IMG/VR virus record: IMGVR_UViG_3300000295_000002
Location: 19,700 to 83,699 of that record
Reading direction: 5' to 3' (one strand)
From: a virus
DNA: 64,000 nucleotides
Below are positions 40,971-50,980 of this stretch, one piece after another. Made by a program: the position numbers and the translations under genes. The notes under the pieces were generated by a model, which saw nothing but the letters and a program-made list of their open reading frames with translations, ran no database searches and was not told the origin of the DNA. Numbering within the stretch: position 1 is the first letter of the stretch; each line of letters opens with the position of its first letter.

Positions 40971-43628
40971 ATGAACACGAATAAAGATATAGAAATCAGA
41001 CCACAAGAGGGCTTTCAAATGTCCTTTGCAAGTAGTAATGTCGATGTGGTTTTCGGTGGTGGAAATCTTGGAGGGGGCAAGCTACAGCCGCTTGATTCCA
41101 AGATACTTACACCATCGGGATGGCAGACTATGGGCGATATGCAAGTTGGTTCTAAGGTGATGACTCCATTTGATGGAATTGCCACCGTGATTGCTGTATT
41201 TCCACAAGGCGTGAAAGATGTGTATGAACTTACAACGCTAGATGGACGAAAGTGTGAATGCGGTCTTGAACATCTATGGACGGTACGAACTCCAAAGCAA
41301 GTGCATAAGTATCGTTCTCATAATAAGGAATGGGGATGGACTATGACTTTGCAGACAAAAGACCTTATTGATGGGTTGGAGCAAGGAAAGAAATACTTCA
41401 TCCCAAACAACAAAGCTATAGAGTTTGGTGAAAAAGAACTGCCAATACCGCCATACGTATTAGGTGTTATGCTCGGTGATGGATGCCTAACTATTTGGCG
41501 TAACGAGAAAGGTTTTAAAATTTCCAATACAGAATGGGATATAATAAATAAGGTAGCTAAATTGACGGACACAACAAGGGTGTACGAGCAACCAAGCTGC
41601 GTTACTAAATTGTTCTATACACCACACTATAAGGAGTATAAGGAATATTTAAGAGAAGAATGTTTGTTGGATTATTCCTACAACAAGTTTATTCCTGAAA
41701 AATATCTTCACTCTAGCATTGAACAAAGAAAGCAATTGCTAGCAGGTTTATTTGATACCGATGGAAGTGTAGAACCTTACGATAATAGTTATAGCTTCTC
41801 TACGACAAGTGTAAGGCTTAAAGATACATTTATTGAGCTGTGTCGTAGTCTTGGATATACATGTTCTTGCAGAGAAGACAGAAGAGAAAAATATACGAAA
41901 GGTGTTGCTTACGACATAGTAATACGCACCGACGATATTATATTCACAAGCGAGAAGCATAAGGCTAGATACAATAATGAGCGGAACAAAACAAGAAAGT
42001 ACGCTAAAGGCAACGACCATTCACGGATTGTGTCTATCAAAAAGGTAAGAAGAGCCGAGTGCCAGTGTATTTTGGTTGATGATGAAAAGCATTTGTATAT
42101 CACGGATGATTACATTACAACCCACAACTCGTATGGTCTTGTACTTGCGATGGCAGAGCCGTTAATGACTGACCCAGATTTTCGCGCAATGATTTCACGC
42201 CGTTCACTTGGTAATCAAAAAGCAGGTGGAGGATTCGTAGAGAAGTTCAAACAGATATTCGGAGCTGATTTCGTGAAAATCAGAGAGAGCGAGAATCCGC
42301 GCGTTACATTTCCGAATGGAACGTTTGTCGATTTGACGTATCTTGACGATTCCAATATGGATAAGTTGAGAGAGCGCGCGAAAGGATGGGAGTACGATTT
42401 GATTGCGATTGACGAGTTGACGGAGATGACTTGGGAAGTTTTCTCATACGTCATGACTCGAAACAGAGGTCAGAGCAAGACGTTTACAGGTAAGTTCTTT
42501 GCAACACTTAACCCGAAGCGTAGCCACTGGACGAGAATATTTCTTGATTGGTATATTGGCTCAGATGGTTTTATCATCCCAGAGCGTGATGGTGTAGTCA
42601 GATACTTCTATTGTGCAGGACCGACTGTTAAGGATGTTGTTTGGGGAATGTCTAAGCGAGAAGTCTATGAAAAATGTAAGATAGATATAGATAGAAAGCT
42701 TAAAACCATTGGCGGCAACTTTGGATATGAAGTAATGATTAAGAGTTTTGTTTTCTATCAAGGTAAACTTGGTTCAAACAAGAAGATGCTTGAAAACAAC
42801 TCTGGCTATTTAGGTTCTGTAGCGGCATCGGGAGGTAGGATGGCACAAGCTCTTATGGAGGGTAACTTCAATGTTGACCCAGAAGAGGAAGAGGATATTC
42901 CGATTCCTAGCCAAGCGGCAAGAGATTGCTTCGTAAAAGACCCTGCTGTGAATGGTGACAAGTGGATAACAATCGACTTGGCAGACTACGGTAAGGATAA
43001 CACTCTGATGTTGTCATGGAACGGATTCCATATAGTCAATTACGAAATCGTGATGCATTCAACACCGCGAATTAATGCGGAAAGAGCTAGATTATTCGCG
43101 GCGAGTGAGGGAGTGGCAGAAAGCCATATTATCTATGATGCTACGGCAGGTAGGTATTTCAATGACTATATACCAGATGCTATCCCTTATATATCAGCAG
43201 CAAAGGCAATGGGAATTTATTATTTGTCTGCTATGACAATAAAAGACCTATGTTACTTGCGACTGAGCTACATGATTAAGCGAGGACAGCTTACATTCTC
43301 TGATAAGGTTGCGAATGCGGTTTATACGCATCAAAACCTCAAATACAGAGTTTCCATACAGAATGAGTTCATGGAAGAATGCGCGGTAGTTCGCTTTGAT
43401 AAGATGCAGAGTGGAAAGAAGAAGTTGCAGAGCAAGAAGGAAATGAACCGAAATCTTGGAAAAGACCGTTCTATGGATTTGCTCGACCCTTGCGCAATGA
43501 GAATGTACCCATGTTTGAATATGGAGTATGGTAGCGAGCTACAAGAAGGGTTCAGACTCGCAGCACAAGAAGTTGAAGAGAAAAATCCTAATGCTCAGAG
43601 CATTTATGATGATACGTTGTACTATTAA
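40971..43628 (+). CDS. terL: terminase large subunit, interrupted by an intein
   Basis: Walker A FGGGNLGGGK is followed after the intein by SYGLVLAM. Walker B-like DLIAIDELTEM. C-terminal nuclease-like region. 885 aa as the precursor, 536 aa without the intein. Confidence 0.9.
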   Translation: MNTNKDIEIRPQEGFQMSFASSNVDVVFGGGNLGGGKLQPLDSKILTPSGWQTMGDMQVGSKVMTPFDGIATVIAVFPQGVKDVYELTTLDGRKCECGLEHLWTVRTPKQVHKYRSHNKEWGWTMTLQTKDLIDGLEQGKKYFIPNNKAIEFGEKELPIPPYVLGVMLGDGCLTIWRNEKGFKISNTEWDIINKVAKLTDTTRVYEQPSCVTKLFYTPHYKEYKEYLREECLLDYSYNKFIPEKYLHSSIEQRKQLLAGLFDTDGSVEPYDNSYSFSTTSVRLKDTFIELCRSLGYTCSCREDRREKYTKGVAYDIVIRTDDIIFTSEKHKARYNNERNKTRKYAKGNDHSRIVSIKKVRRAECQCILVDDEKHLYITDDYITTHNSYGLVLAMAEPLMTDPDFRAMISRRSLGNQKAGGGFVEKFKQIFGADFVKIRESENPRVTFPNGTFVDLTYLDDSNMDKLRERAKGWEYDLIAIDELTEMTWEVFSYVMTRNRGQSKTFTGKFFATLNPKRSHWTRIFLDWYIGSDGFIIPERDGVVRYFYCAGPTVKDVVWGMSKREVYEKCKIDIDRKLKTIGGNFGYEVMIKSFVFYQGKLGSNKKMLENNSGYLGSVAASGGRMAQALMEGNFNVDPEEEEDIPIPSQAARDCFVKDPAVNGDKWITIDLADYGKDNTLMLSWNGFHIVNYEIVMHSTPRINAERARLFAASEGVAESHIIYDATAGRYFNDYIPDAIPYISAAKAMGIYYLSAMTIKDLCYLRLSYMIKRGQLTFSDKVANAVYTHQNLKYRVSIQNEFMEECAVVRFDKMQSGKKKLQSKKEMNRNLGKDRSMDLLDPCAMRMYPCLNMEYGSELQEGFRLAAQEVEEKNPNAQSIYDDTLYY
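41082..42128 (+). mobile_element. intein (349 aa) with LAGLIDADG homing endonuclease
   Basis: Hint N-block LQPLDSKILTPSGW, block B GLEHLW, LAGLIDADG motifs YVLGVMLGDGCL and LLAGLFDTDGSV, C-terminal CQCILVDDEKHLYITDDYITTHN followed by Ser (+1). Confidence 0.85.
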
Positions 43629-43639
43629 TTTTAGAATAT

Positions 43640-44230
43640 ATGCTGAAAAAAGAAAATATAAAAATGATTCTTGAATCCGTGCGGATTGACTGGGATAAAT
43701 GTGATGAGAAAGACATTGCATTTGCTATCCTCTGTGACGCATTGGAAGATAAGACTTTAGCGTATCGTCTTGCTTATCGTAAGAGTGAAAAGGATGCCGC
43801 GAAATTCTACGAAACTCCACGATTCAAGAAACTGCTAGATGTTCTAGAACCTTTCGGTATCGGCAATGTTAATAACAACGCTATTACCAAAGAAGAGAAC
43901 AAAAACGAGCTTCTCAAAATGCTTGACAAGATAGACCAAGCTCTTAGCGACGGAAATCTTGAACCGAAAGATGCATTGAAGATGCAGACTGATATACGTG
44001 TAAAGCTGAATGACAAATTCGAAATGGAAGAGTCACAGAAGCAGAAACGAATCATTGTAGTACCAAGTAAGCATGATATTGTTTGCCCTACTACCAATAG
44101 AGAATGTAACTACTGGCCTTCAAGAAAGGCTTGTTGCAGACACTTCGGTTTGATTGACCCACAAGAGAATAACGATTCACAAAATAACAACGATGTTGAA
44201 CCATCATTAAATAACAATAGCGATGAGTAG
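43640..44230 (+). CDS. hypothetical protein
   Basis: 196 aa, between terL and the portal. Helical N-terminus and a Cys-containing C-terminus. Confidence 0.55.
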   Translation: MLKKENIKMILESVRIDWDKCDEKDIAFAILCDALEDKTLAYRLAYRKSEKDAAKFYETPRFKKLLDVLEPFGIGNVNNNAITKEENKNELLKMLDKIDQALSDGNLEPKDALKMQTDIRVKLNDKFEMEESQKQKRIIVVPSKHDIVCPTTNRECNYWPSRKACCRHFGLIDPQENNDSQNNNDVEPSLNNNSDE

Positions 44231-45758
44231 AAAGAGACAAGACATAATCAATGATTTTTTGGAGAATCCTCAGAAATTGCTTCTGAAAAAGCCGTTTTTG
44301 AGGGGTTCGCGCTCTATTACCATCAATGATTCTTCTGATGGTTCGGATATTAAGACAAACTTCCGTAAAGAGGCACAGCTTCCGAATATCAGCAAGATAG
44401 TCGTAAGCCAAGAGCGTTTTGCAAAGGAATTAGACCCTTATTCTCACAGGGTATTGTTTGATACGAACTTACCTTCTATATGCTGCAAGCTTGATGATGG
44501 CAGTTATTGCGAGATTGAGTTTAAAAAGTTTGGCATTCCTATGCAACAGCGTATTGTTGACAAGAAATCTCTCTGTTTAGGTGGTAACAAGCGCAATCAC
44601 ATACTGCATGACAGCAATCCGACTGATAAACTCAAAAAGAACTTTGCCGATTTCAAATGGCATTGGGATGAAACGAATCAGGATGGTATCGAAATGGAAG
44701 CTATACGCATTCAGCAGAGTTATGGTGATGTAGGATTACTCGTTTACATGAATGAGGATAACGAAGTGAAATGCCGATTGTTCTCGTATGAAGATGGCTA
44801 TCAGATTATCACGCACAAAGACGATAACGGAGAACCGCTTCTTGATTGCGTGTATTATCGTACTGAGGATAATGTAAGACACATTGACGCATACGATAAG
44901 ACATATCATTATCATTTTACAGATGTATTCGTTCAGAACGTTGACACAAACGAAGTACTGAAAGGATGGTGCTTGAAAAGCAAGGAGGAGCATGGATTCT
45001 CTGAAAGTCCACTTATCACAAAACGTGGTGATGTTGCTTGGAATAACGGTCAAGACCTTATCGAGCTATTCGAGATTATCTATAATCTGTTTGCGGTCAT
45101 TCAGAAACGTCACGGATGGGGAATCCTTTACATCAAGGGCAAACTCAATGAAACCGCAAAGAAGATTGCTGGTTCTATCATCCTGAATGATACAAGCATT
45201 GAAGGAAATGGCATCGCAGAGTTTAAGACTCCACCTTCTCCACAGAACATGATTGAGTTCATGCAGTCAATTCTCGACCAATTGCAGATTGCTATAGGAT
45301 GTACATTTATCTTGCCGAAGGATATTAAGTCTAGTGGTGACATAAGTGGATTGGCAATTCAAATGACACGCTCTTTGGATATTGAGGAGGCTAACAATGC
45401 AGCTATCGAGTGGCAGAATTTCGTCAGCAAACATTCAAGACTGTTCAAGGAAGGATTGGCAAAGCAGTTGGTTGCAAGCGGCGAGAATCCTACTGCAATT
45501 ACTGAGTTTAGACAGATGAGAATCAGCACATCATTTAAGCCTTGGCAGCCATTCGATGAAAGTGCATGGAATCAGATGCTTTGTACATTGAGCGGTGCAG
45601 GTTTGATTTCTACTAAGACTGGTGTTGAAAAGAATACCGTTTCTGCACCTGACGAGGAAGTAAGATTGCAGAATCAGCAAGAAGAGGCAGATGAACGTGC
45701 CGAAAAACAAGCTGAGATTACTGCAAGGACAAAGAATACAGACAACAATAAAGAATAA
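44223..45758 (+). CDS. portal protein
   Basis: 511 aa, directly after the terminase region. The size and acidic C-terminus are typical of portals. Confidence 0.6.
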   Translation: MSRKRQDIINDFLENPQKLLLKKPFLRGSRSITINDSSDGSDIKTNFRKEAQLPNISKIVVSQERFAKELDPYSHRVLFDTNLPSICCKLDDGSYCEIEFKKFGIPMQQRIVDKKSLCLGGNKRNHILHDSNPTDKLKKNFADFKWHWDETNQDGIEMEAIRIQQSYGDVGLLVYMNEDNEVKCRLFSYEDGYQIITHKDDNGEPLLDCVYYRTEDNVRHIDAYDKTYHYHFTDVFVQNVDTNEVLKGWCLKSKEEHGFSESPLITKRGDVAWNNGQDLIELFEIIYNLFAVIQKRHGWGILYIKGKLNETAKKIAGSIILNDTSIEGNGIAEFKTPPSPQNMIEFMQSILDQLQIAIGCTFILPKDIKSSGDISGLAIQMTRSLDIEEANNAAIEWQNFVSKHSRLFKEGLAKQLVASGENPTAITEFRQMRISTSFKPWQPFDESAWNQMLCTLSGAGLISTKTGVEKNTVSAPDEEVRLQNQQEEADERAEKQAEITARTKNTDNNKE

Positions 45759-45760
45759 AC

Positions 45761-48700
45761 ATGAAGGCAGAATCATTATACATACAGAAGTTGACTTACG
45801 ATGAGAACACTGGTAATGAGATTATCGGTTTGTTTCCATCGGAGGCTACCCCTGCTATTGTATCATCATATACCTACGATGCAAAGCGTATGGGAGGTGC
45901 TCCTACCCTTACTGCTACAATATATTCTTCTGAGCCTTTGCAATGGAAGAAGGAAGAGTTCGTAGAGTACAATGGCGATAGATTCTTTGCGTCCTACACA
46001 CCAAACTCTACAAAAGATAATTCGTCTAGAATGTGGAAGAGTGAAATTACTTTCACATCTAGAAGAGAATTACTTGATAACACTCTGTTCTTTGATGTTG
46101 CCGTTGATGATGTTGATACACAGAATAAAGACAGATACCGCTCAAATCAGACAAAGTTCACGTTTGGTGGAACTATCCATGAGTTTGTTGCTCGCATCAA
46201 TAGTTCAATGGCATATTGTGGTTTGTATCGTCCCACAGATGAATACAAGGGATATTACGTTGTTGTTGACGAAGGATATGGAACAGATGAAGTTAAGGAA
46301 GTATCATTTGAAGACCAATATCTAACTGATGTTTTACAACTTGTCAATACAACTTTTGAGCTTGATTACTACTGGGATGGCAACGTTTGTCATGTCGGCA
46401 AGGTACAGCACGACTTAACCGATACACCTATAAAATATGGTTGTATTGATGCCCTTATATCTGTATCAAAGGAGAATGCGAACTATAAGATAGTTGATAT
46501 GATAACAGGTTACGGTTCATCTGATAACCTGCCATATTACTATCCTAATGATGACGAGTTTGGTGAAGCAGTATTCAATACAGAGAATATCATCAAGGAT
46601 AAAGTCAGCGTAGAGTTGTCAAAGTTTCTCAAAGATTCAAGATACAATGATACCCTTGTACTTTATAAAAGCAAGGAAGGAAAAAGCTACAATGGAAGTG
46701 TAGATGTAAGTCCACCTGCATTTTACATTCATAGTTCTACTATTCCAGAAAATTTATCACAAGCAGATAGTCAGTCTAACCCAACGGTTACGTGTAGTTT
46801 CTGGATTAACATTCCAATCAGCGCGATTAAGGGTCAGAAGATAGATTTGACGAACTTGAATTTTAGCTTTGAATTATTTAGTTACATTACGAGACCTGAC
46901 TTTATATCAAACGTTGGTAAAGCCAATAGGAGCATAAAACTGAGAAAAATAGGAGAAGAAACGTATGTGCCTATCTCTGAAGGGATGAGCTTTGGAAATG
47001 TTTCTACATACACATTTGAAGAGAATGGAGATTTCACATTAACTATAGGTGCTGACTTTTCTTACAATTGCAAGGTGTTCAATAGTGATGGCATTAGGAG
47101 TTTTTATGGCGCGAGTGTTTGGAATGTTGCTTTTGGTGGAAGTGTTGAGTTCTCATACGAGTCAAAATCGGAATACGAATGGAAGAATGGAGACAAGTAC
47201 ATTCCTTATAGTGAAGCTGGTATTAATGTAAGTGAAATCGGCGAGGCGAATTGCATTGAATACGACTATCAATTTGTAAAAGATGGTGATAGATACGGAT
47301 TCAACAAGGTTTATACCGGAACTGAGGATAATGCAGTAAAGGTAATAGTTACTGATGGAGTCTGGATTGCACCATCATCGGTACTTATGCCTTCTATATA
47401 TCGCAACACGAAAGGCGCAGAGCGTTTCTATTATGCTTTGAATAACACCCATAAATTGCCTAGTGGTAGTGGATATTATGAGTTTGTAAACTTGTATAAG
47501 AAAGGAAATCCTCACCAAGGAACGGTTACTTTTGATGATATAAAACCAACTATCAATGGAATTGTAAATGCAGAAGGACAGTTGTTTGGAGAGATTGCGG
47601 ATGTTGCTTTTGATAAAGAAGATAGTGATGTAAAGGATAGCGATGGAACAACATATATACATCAATATTTCTACATCAAACTACACAAGTTTAATGGAGA
47701 GTTTGGCTTTGATTTATTTAATCATGTCTTAGCCAAGGAATCAGCAAAGATAAATCTCATCAAGAGTAACGGATGCCCTGCTTGTTCGTTTGTGATTTAC
47801 AATCAACCGAGTGCTGACAATTCAAAGTGTTACAATTGTGTAAGTGTTGATGAAAATGGAAACTTAAAACGAGTTCGCACAGATAAGAATGACTACATAT
47901 TTGCTAACGCTAGCGATGCTTACGAAGATAAGCTAAACCAAGATTCAACTCAGAAAGAGTTATGGATTGCGGTTCAAAAGGACACATCAACACTAGGCAT
48001 TGTGATGCCAAACGCAAGTGCTGGATTTAAACCGCAAAAGGGAGATTTGTTTGTTATCACAGGCATTAAACCTCCAAAAGTTCTTGTAACGGCAGCAGAG
48101 AAACGACTCGATGATGCTCTTATTAAACACATGAGTGAAAACAATACAGACCAATTCAATTACTCTGTTAAGTTTTCTCGCATATTCTTACAAGAGAATC
48201 CTGACTTTGCAAGTAAGTTGAACGAGAATGCAAAGCTTTCAATACAGATACAAGGTGATTCTGATAGCGATGGAAATCTTATCAGTCACGAAGTTTTCGT
48301 CAGCAACTACTCAGTAAAGGTTGATAACGATGAGCTGGCAGAAGTTGAGATTGAGCTTGTTAATTCGTTGGAAGTTACAAAGAGTGATGTAAAGCAGATT
48401 ATTGATGCTGTAAAGGGAGAAGCGGTTAAGTCTCTATCTAGTATGGTTGGTGGAAGTAGTACTAACAACTTTAATGCTAGTATAACCGATAAGATGTATC
48501 TCTCTAAACTGAAAGATGATATAGCTAGCGGCACAATCACCTTTCAGAAGGTGCAGAAGTTCGTGCAAGGCTTCTTCCTCGGTCACTCAAATGAGTTTAG
48601 CATAGACGGAAGTGGTAACGCTATCCTCTCTAGTGTGTTGGTGAATCTCTTGAAATCACTCGATTTTAACGAGGCAGAGCATAGTGGTTTTGCTATTAAG

Positions 48701-49870
48701 CAACGAAGCGATGGTAAGTTTCAAATGTTGCTTACGGATTTGATTGTATGGGGTAAGGCAATTTTCAACACCCTCTTGATACGTGAACTCAGCTACGTTG
48801 GAGGTAATATCGTCCTCTCCCCTGCTGCTGGTAAGATAAGCTACATCAAGGAAGTATATAGCGAGACAACGAATGAGCTGATTGGCTGGAAATGCTATCT
48901 CCTCGCTGATGATGGAACGACCGCCACTATCAACTCATTCAAGGTGGATGACCAAGTTAGGTGCAAGACGTTCAACATAGCACCTGGTGTCTATGAGAAC
49001 GTCAGCAACAAGGACTATTGGAGACTTCTCACAAAGGTATCAACCGAGAATGAAGTAATCACCGATGATGAAGGTCACGAGCTCTATGACGGAAAGAAGT
49101 TCGCTTGGATTCAGATAGCGAAGGAGAACTGCATGGAAGGCTCGGATAACCCTGCTGTAGGAGATACCATCGTCCTCATGGGTAACAGAAGTGACAAGAG
49201 CAGACAACACCTTCTGATGATGGAGACCGAAGGAGATTCCGCACCTACGTTCACCATGTACCGAGGTATCAACTCCTACTCCCTCAAAGGTAAATCCATC
49301 TTCGATGTAGGATTCAACGGCATCAACATCGTGTCAAAGTACTACCATATAACCACCGTTGACGGAGAGAAGATTTGGACTCCCGTCTATCGTGGTGATT
49401 GGAAGGAAGGTACGGAATACAGCTACTATGATGAGGTTACATGGCTTGGCACAAGATGGCTCTGTATTTCTCCAGAAGGACAGACCACGACCGAAGAACC
49501 ATCTGAGGATTCGCCTTATTGGAAGGCTACCACCAACGTGTATACACCAAAGCTATACCTCTATACGGATATAGTCAATAGCGGAATTGCTATAGGCGAG
49601 ACACACAACGTTACTTGCAAGCTAATGTTAGGCGATAAAGATGTGACGAACGGAGTAGCATCATGGAAGGTGACACGCAAGACCAATGATTCCGTAGATG
49701 ATGCTGCTTGGGCGACTAAGGATAAGGTTAAGAACTTCAATGGCTCAATAGATATTGTCTGGTCTAATGATGGAACAGAAGACGATTTGGGCAAGGGTGA
49801 TACTGCGAAATTTGTATTCACAGCAACGACCACAACAGGAAAAATTCATCAAGAATATATTAAAGTTTAA
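45761..49870 (+). CDS. tail hub / tail-associated (Tal-like) host-specificity protein
   Basis: 1369 aa. The N-terminal ~350 aa resemble the prophage-tail/Tal hub (…LQLVNTTFELDYYWDGNVCHVG…). Long beta-rich C-terminal extension. Confidence 0.55.
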   Translation: MKAESLYIQKLTYDENTGNEIIGLFPSEATPAIVSSYTYDAKRMGGAPTLTATIYSSEPLQWKKEEFVEYNGDRFFASYTPNSTKDNSSRMWKSEITFTSRRELLDNTLFFDVAVDDVDTQNKDRYRSNQTKFTFGGTIHEFVARINSSMAYCGLYRPTDEYKGYYVVVDEGYGTDEVKEVSFEDQYLTDVLQLVNTTFELDYYWDGNVCHVGKVQHDLTDTPIKYGCIDALISVSKENANYKIVDMITGYGSSDNLPYYYPNDDEFGEAVFNTENIIKDKVSVELSKFLKDSRYNDTLVLYKSKEGKSYNGSVDVSPPAFYIHSSTIPENLSQADSQSNPTVTCSFWINIPISAIKGQKIDLTNLNFSFELFSYITRPDFISNVGKANRSIKLRKIGEETYVPISEGMSFGNVSTYTFEENGDFTLTIGADFSYNCKVFNSDGIRSFYGASVWNVAFGGSVEFSYESKSEYEWKNGDKYIPYSEAGINVSEIGEANCIEYDYQFVKDGDRYGFNKVYTGTEDNAVKVIVTDGVWIAPSSVLMPSIYRNTKGAERFYYALNNTHKLPSGSGYYEFVNLYKKGNPHQGTVTFDDIKPTINGIVNAEGQLFGEIADVAFDKEDSDVKDSDGTTYIHQYFYIKLHKFNGEFGFDLFNHVLAKESAKINLIKSNGCPACSFVIYNQPSADNSKCYNCVSVDENGNLKRVRTDKNDYIFANASDAYEDKLNQDSTQKELWIAVQKDTSTLGIVMPNASAGFKPQKGDLFVITGIKPPKVLVTAAEKRLDDALIKHMSENNTDQFNYSVKFSRIFLQENPDFASKLNENAKLSIQIQGDSDSDGNLISHEVFVSNYSVKVDNDELAEVEIELVNSLEVTKSDVKQIIDAVKGEAVKSLSSMVGGSSTNNFNASITDKMYLSKLKDDIASGTITFQKVQKFVQGFFLGHSNEFSIDGSGNAILSSVLVNLLKSLDFNEAEHSGFAIKQRSDGKFQMLLTDLIVWGKAIFNTLLIRELSYVGGNIVLSPAAGKISYIKEVYSETTNELIGWKCYLLADDGTTATINSFKVDDQVRCKTFNIAPGVYENVSNKDYWRLLTKVSTENEVITDDEGHELYDGKKFAWIQIAKENCMEGSDNPAVGDTIVLMGNRSDKSRQHLLMMETEGDSAPTFTMYRGINSYSLKGKSIFDVGFNGINIVSKYYHITTVDGEKIWTPVYRGDWKEGTEYSYYDEVTWLGTRWLCISPEGQTTTEEPSEDSPYWKATTNVYTPKLYLYTDIVNSGIAIGETHNVTCKLMLGDKDVTNGVASWKVTRKTNDSVDDAAWATKDKVKNFNGSIDIVWSNDGTEDDLGKGDTAKFVFTATTTTGKIHQEYIKV

Positions 49871-49889
49871 AAAATAGGAGATTAAAAAT

Positions 49890-50969
49890 ATGGGAAAAGA
49901 AATTCATCTTTCGGCAACCGCAGCAGTCAGACGAACATTGAAGGGTGACACATTATCCCTCAGTCTGCAAACAAATGGCGTACCGCTCTTTCAGGGATTG
50001 AACCCTGATACGTTTACCGTATCGCCAAAATGGAGCGAGAGCGGAACGCATCCTATCATTACTCCATCTGTTGGCTCTGCACGTAAAAACAACGTAACAC
50101 TGACAAATCACGCATGGGCTTACAACGGAAAAAATTTAGGATTCAGCTCTAGCGGTACTGGATGGGAGACCTCGACTGTTGATAATAGATTCAAACTAAA
50201 TCATGCTAATGGTTCTCTCTCTATTATCGGAGACCTAGCATCTAAGGTCAATCAAGATTCCGATACTCTTACCTATTCGGGTGATGCCGTATTGGGAGCT
50301 AGCATATATCCAATGCAGAAAAGTATTGATATATTGGTATCTATGTTGGGCGGCTCATCTTATTTCGGAGGTGTTTCTGCTGATACTACTGTGTTAAGCA
50401 AGGGACAGACAGAAGCTACCCTCAGACCTTGGTTATTCAACTCCGCAGGTGGAGAGGTTTCTACCTATTCTATTAATCTGTATCGTGGCAGCGGAACAGA
50501 CCTTGCAGGAACTTACACAAATCCGGAAAGCGGTATCACTATACACAGAGATAAGACGGGAGATTCGGACAAACTCTATGTAGATAGTCATCAGCTCTTC
50601 GTCCTTGAGTTCGTTGTTGATGGTGCTGCCGTGTATAGAACAGGTATCAGCATTGATGATATTTCTGATATTTATCAGATTGCCCTTAATTCGGTAGGAC
50701 AGGTTGATGAAGATAGTAATCAGACGTTCAGATGTATCGTTACCAACTGCGAGACAGGACTAGTGCCGAAGAGTATAACTGGCAATGTCACCTTCGTTAT
50801 CTATACTGATAGCAATGGTAACATCGAGAATAAACGCTCGGAGACAATGACTTGGGCAAAGAACGTCAGTGATGGATTCGTTGTGAGGGATGCTGATACG
50901 ATTGACGAAAACAAAAATATCATCGGTGTATCGGTGTCAGCAGATGCTTATTTAACACTTGATGATTAG
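49890..50969 (+). CDS. tail fibre / baseplate-associated protein
   Basis: 359 aa, beta-rich and Ser/Thr/Gly/Asn-rich. Lies in the tail-tip operon. Confidence 0.45.
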   Translation: MGKEIHLSATAAVRRTLKGDTLSLSLQTNGVPLFQGLNPDTFTVSPKWSESGTHPIITPSVGSARKNNVTLTNHAWAYNGKNLGFSSSGTGWETSTVDNRFKLNHANGSLSIIGDLASKVNQDSDTLTYSGDAVLGASIYPMQKSIDILVSMLGGSSYFGGVSADTTVLSKGQTEATLRPWLFNSAGGEVSTYSINLYRGSGTDLAGTYTNPESGITIHRDKTGDSDKLYVDSHQLFVLEFVVDGAAVYRTGISIDDISDIYQIALNSVGQVDEDSNQTFRCIVTNCETGLVPKSITGNVTFVIYTDSNGNIENKRSETMTWAKNVSDGFVVRDADTIDENKNIIGVSVSADAYLTLDD

Positions 50970-50980
50970 GAGGAACGCTT

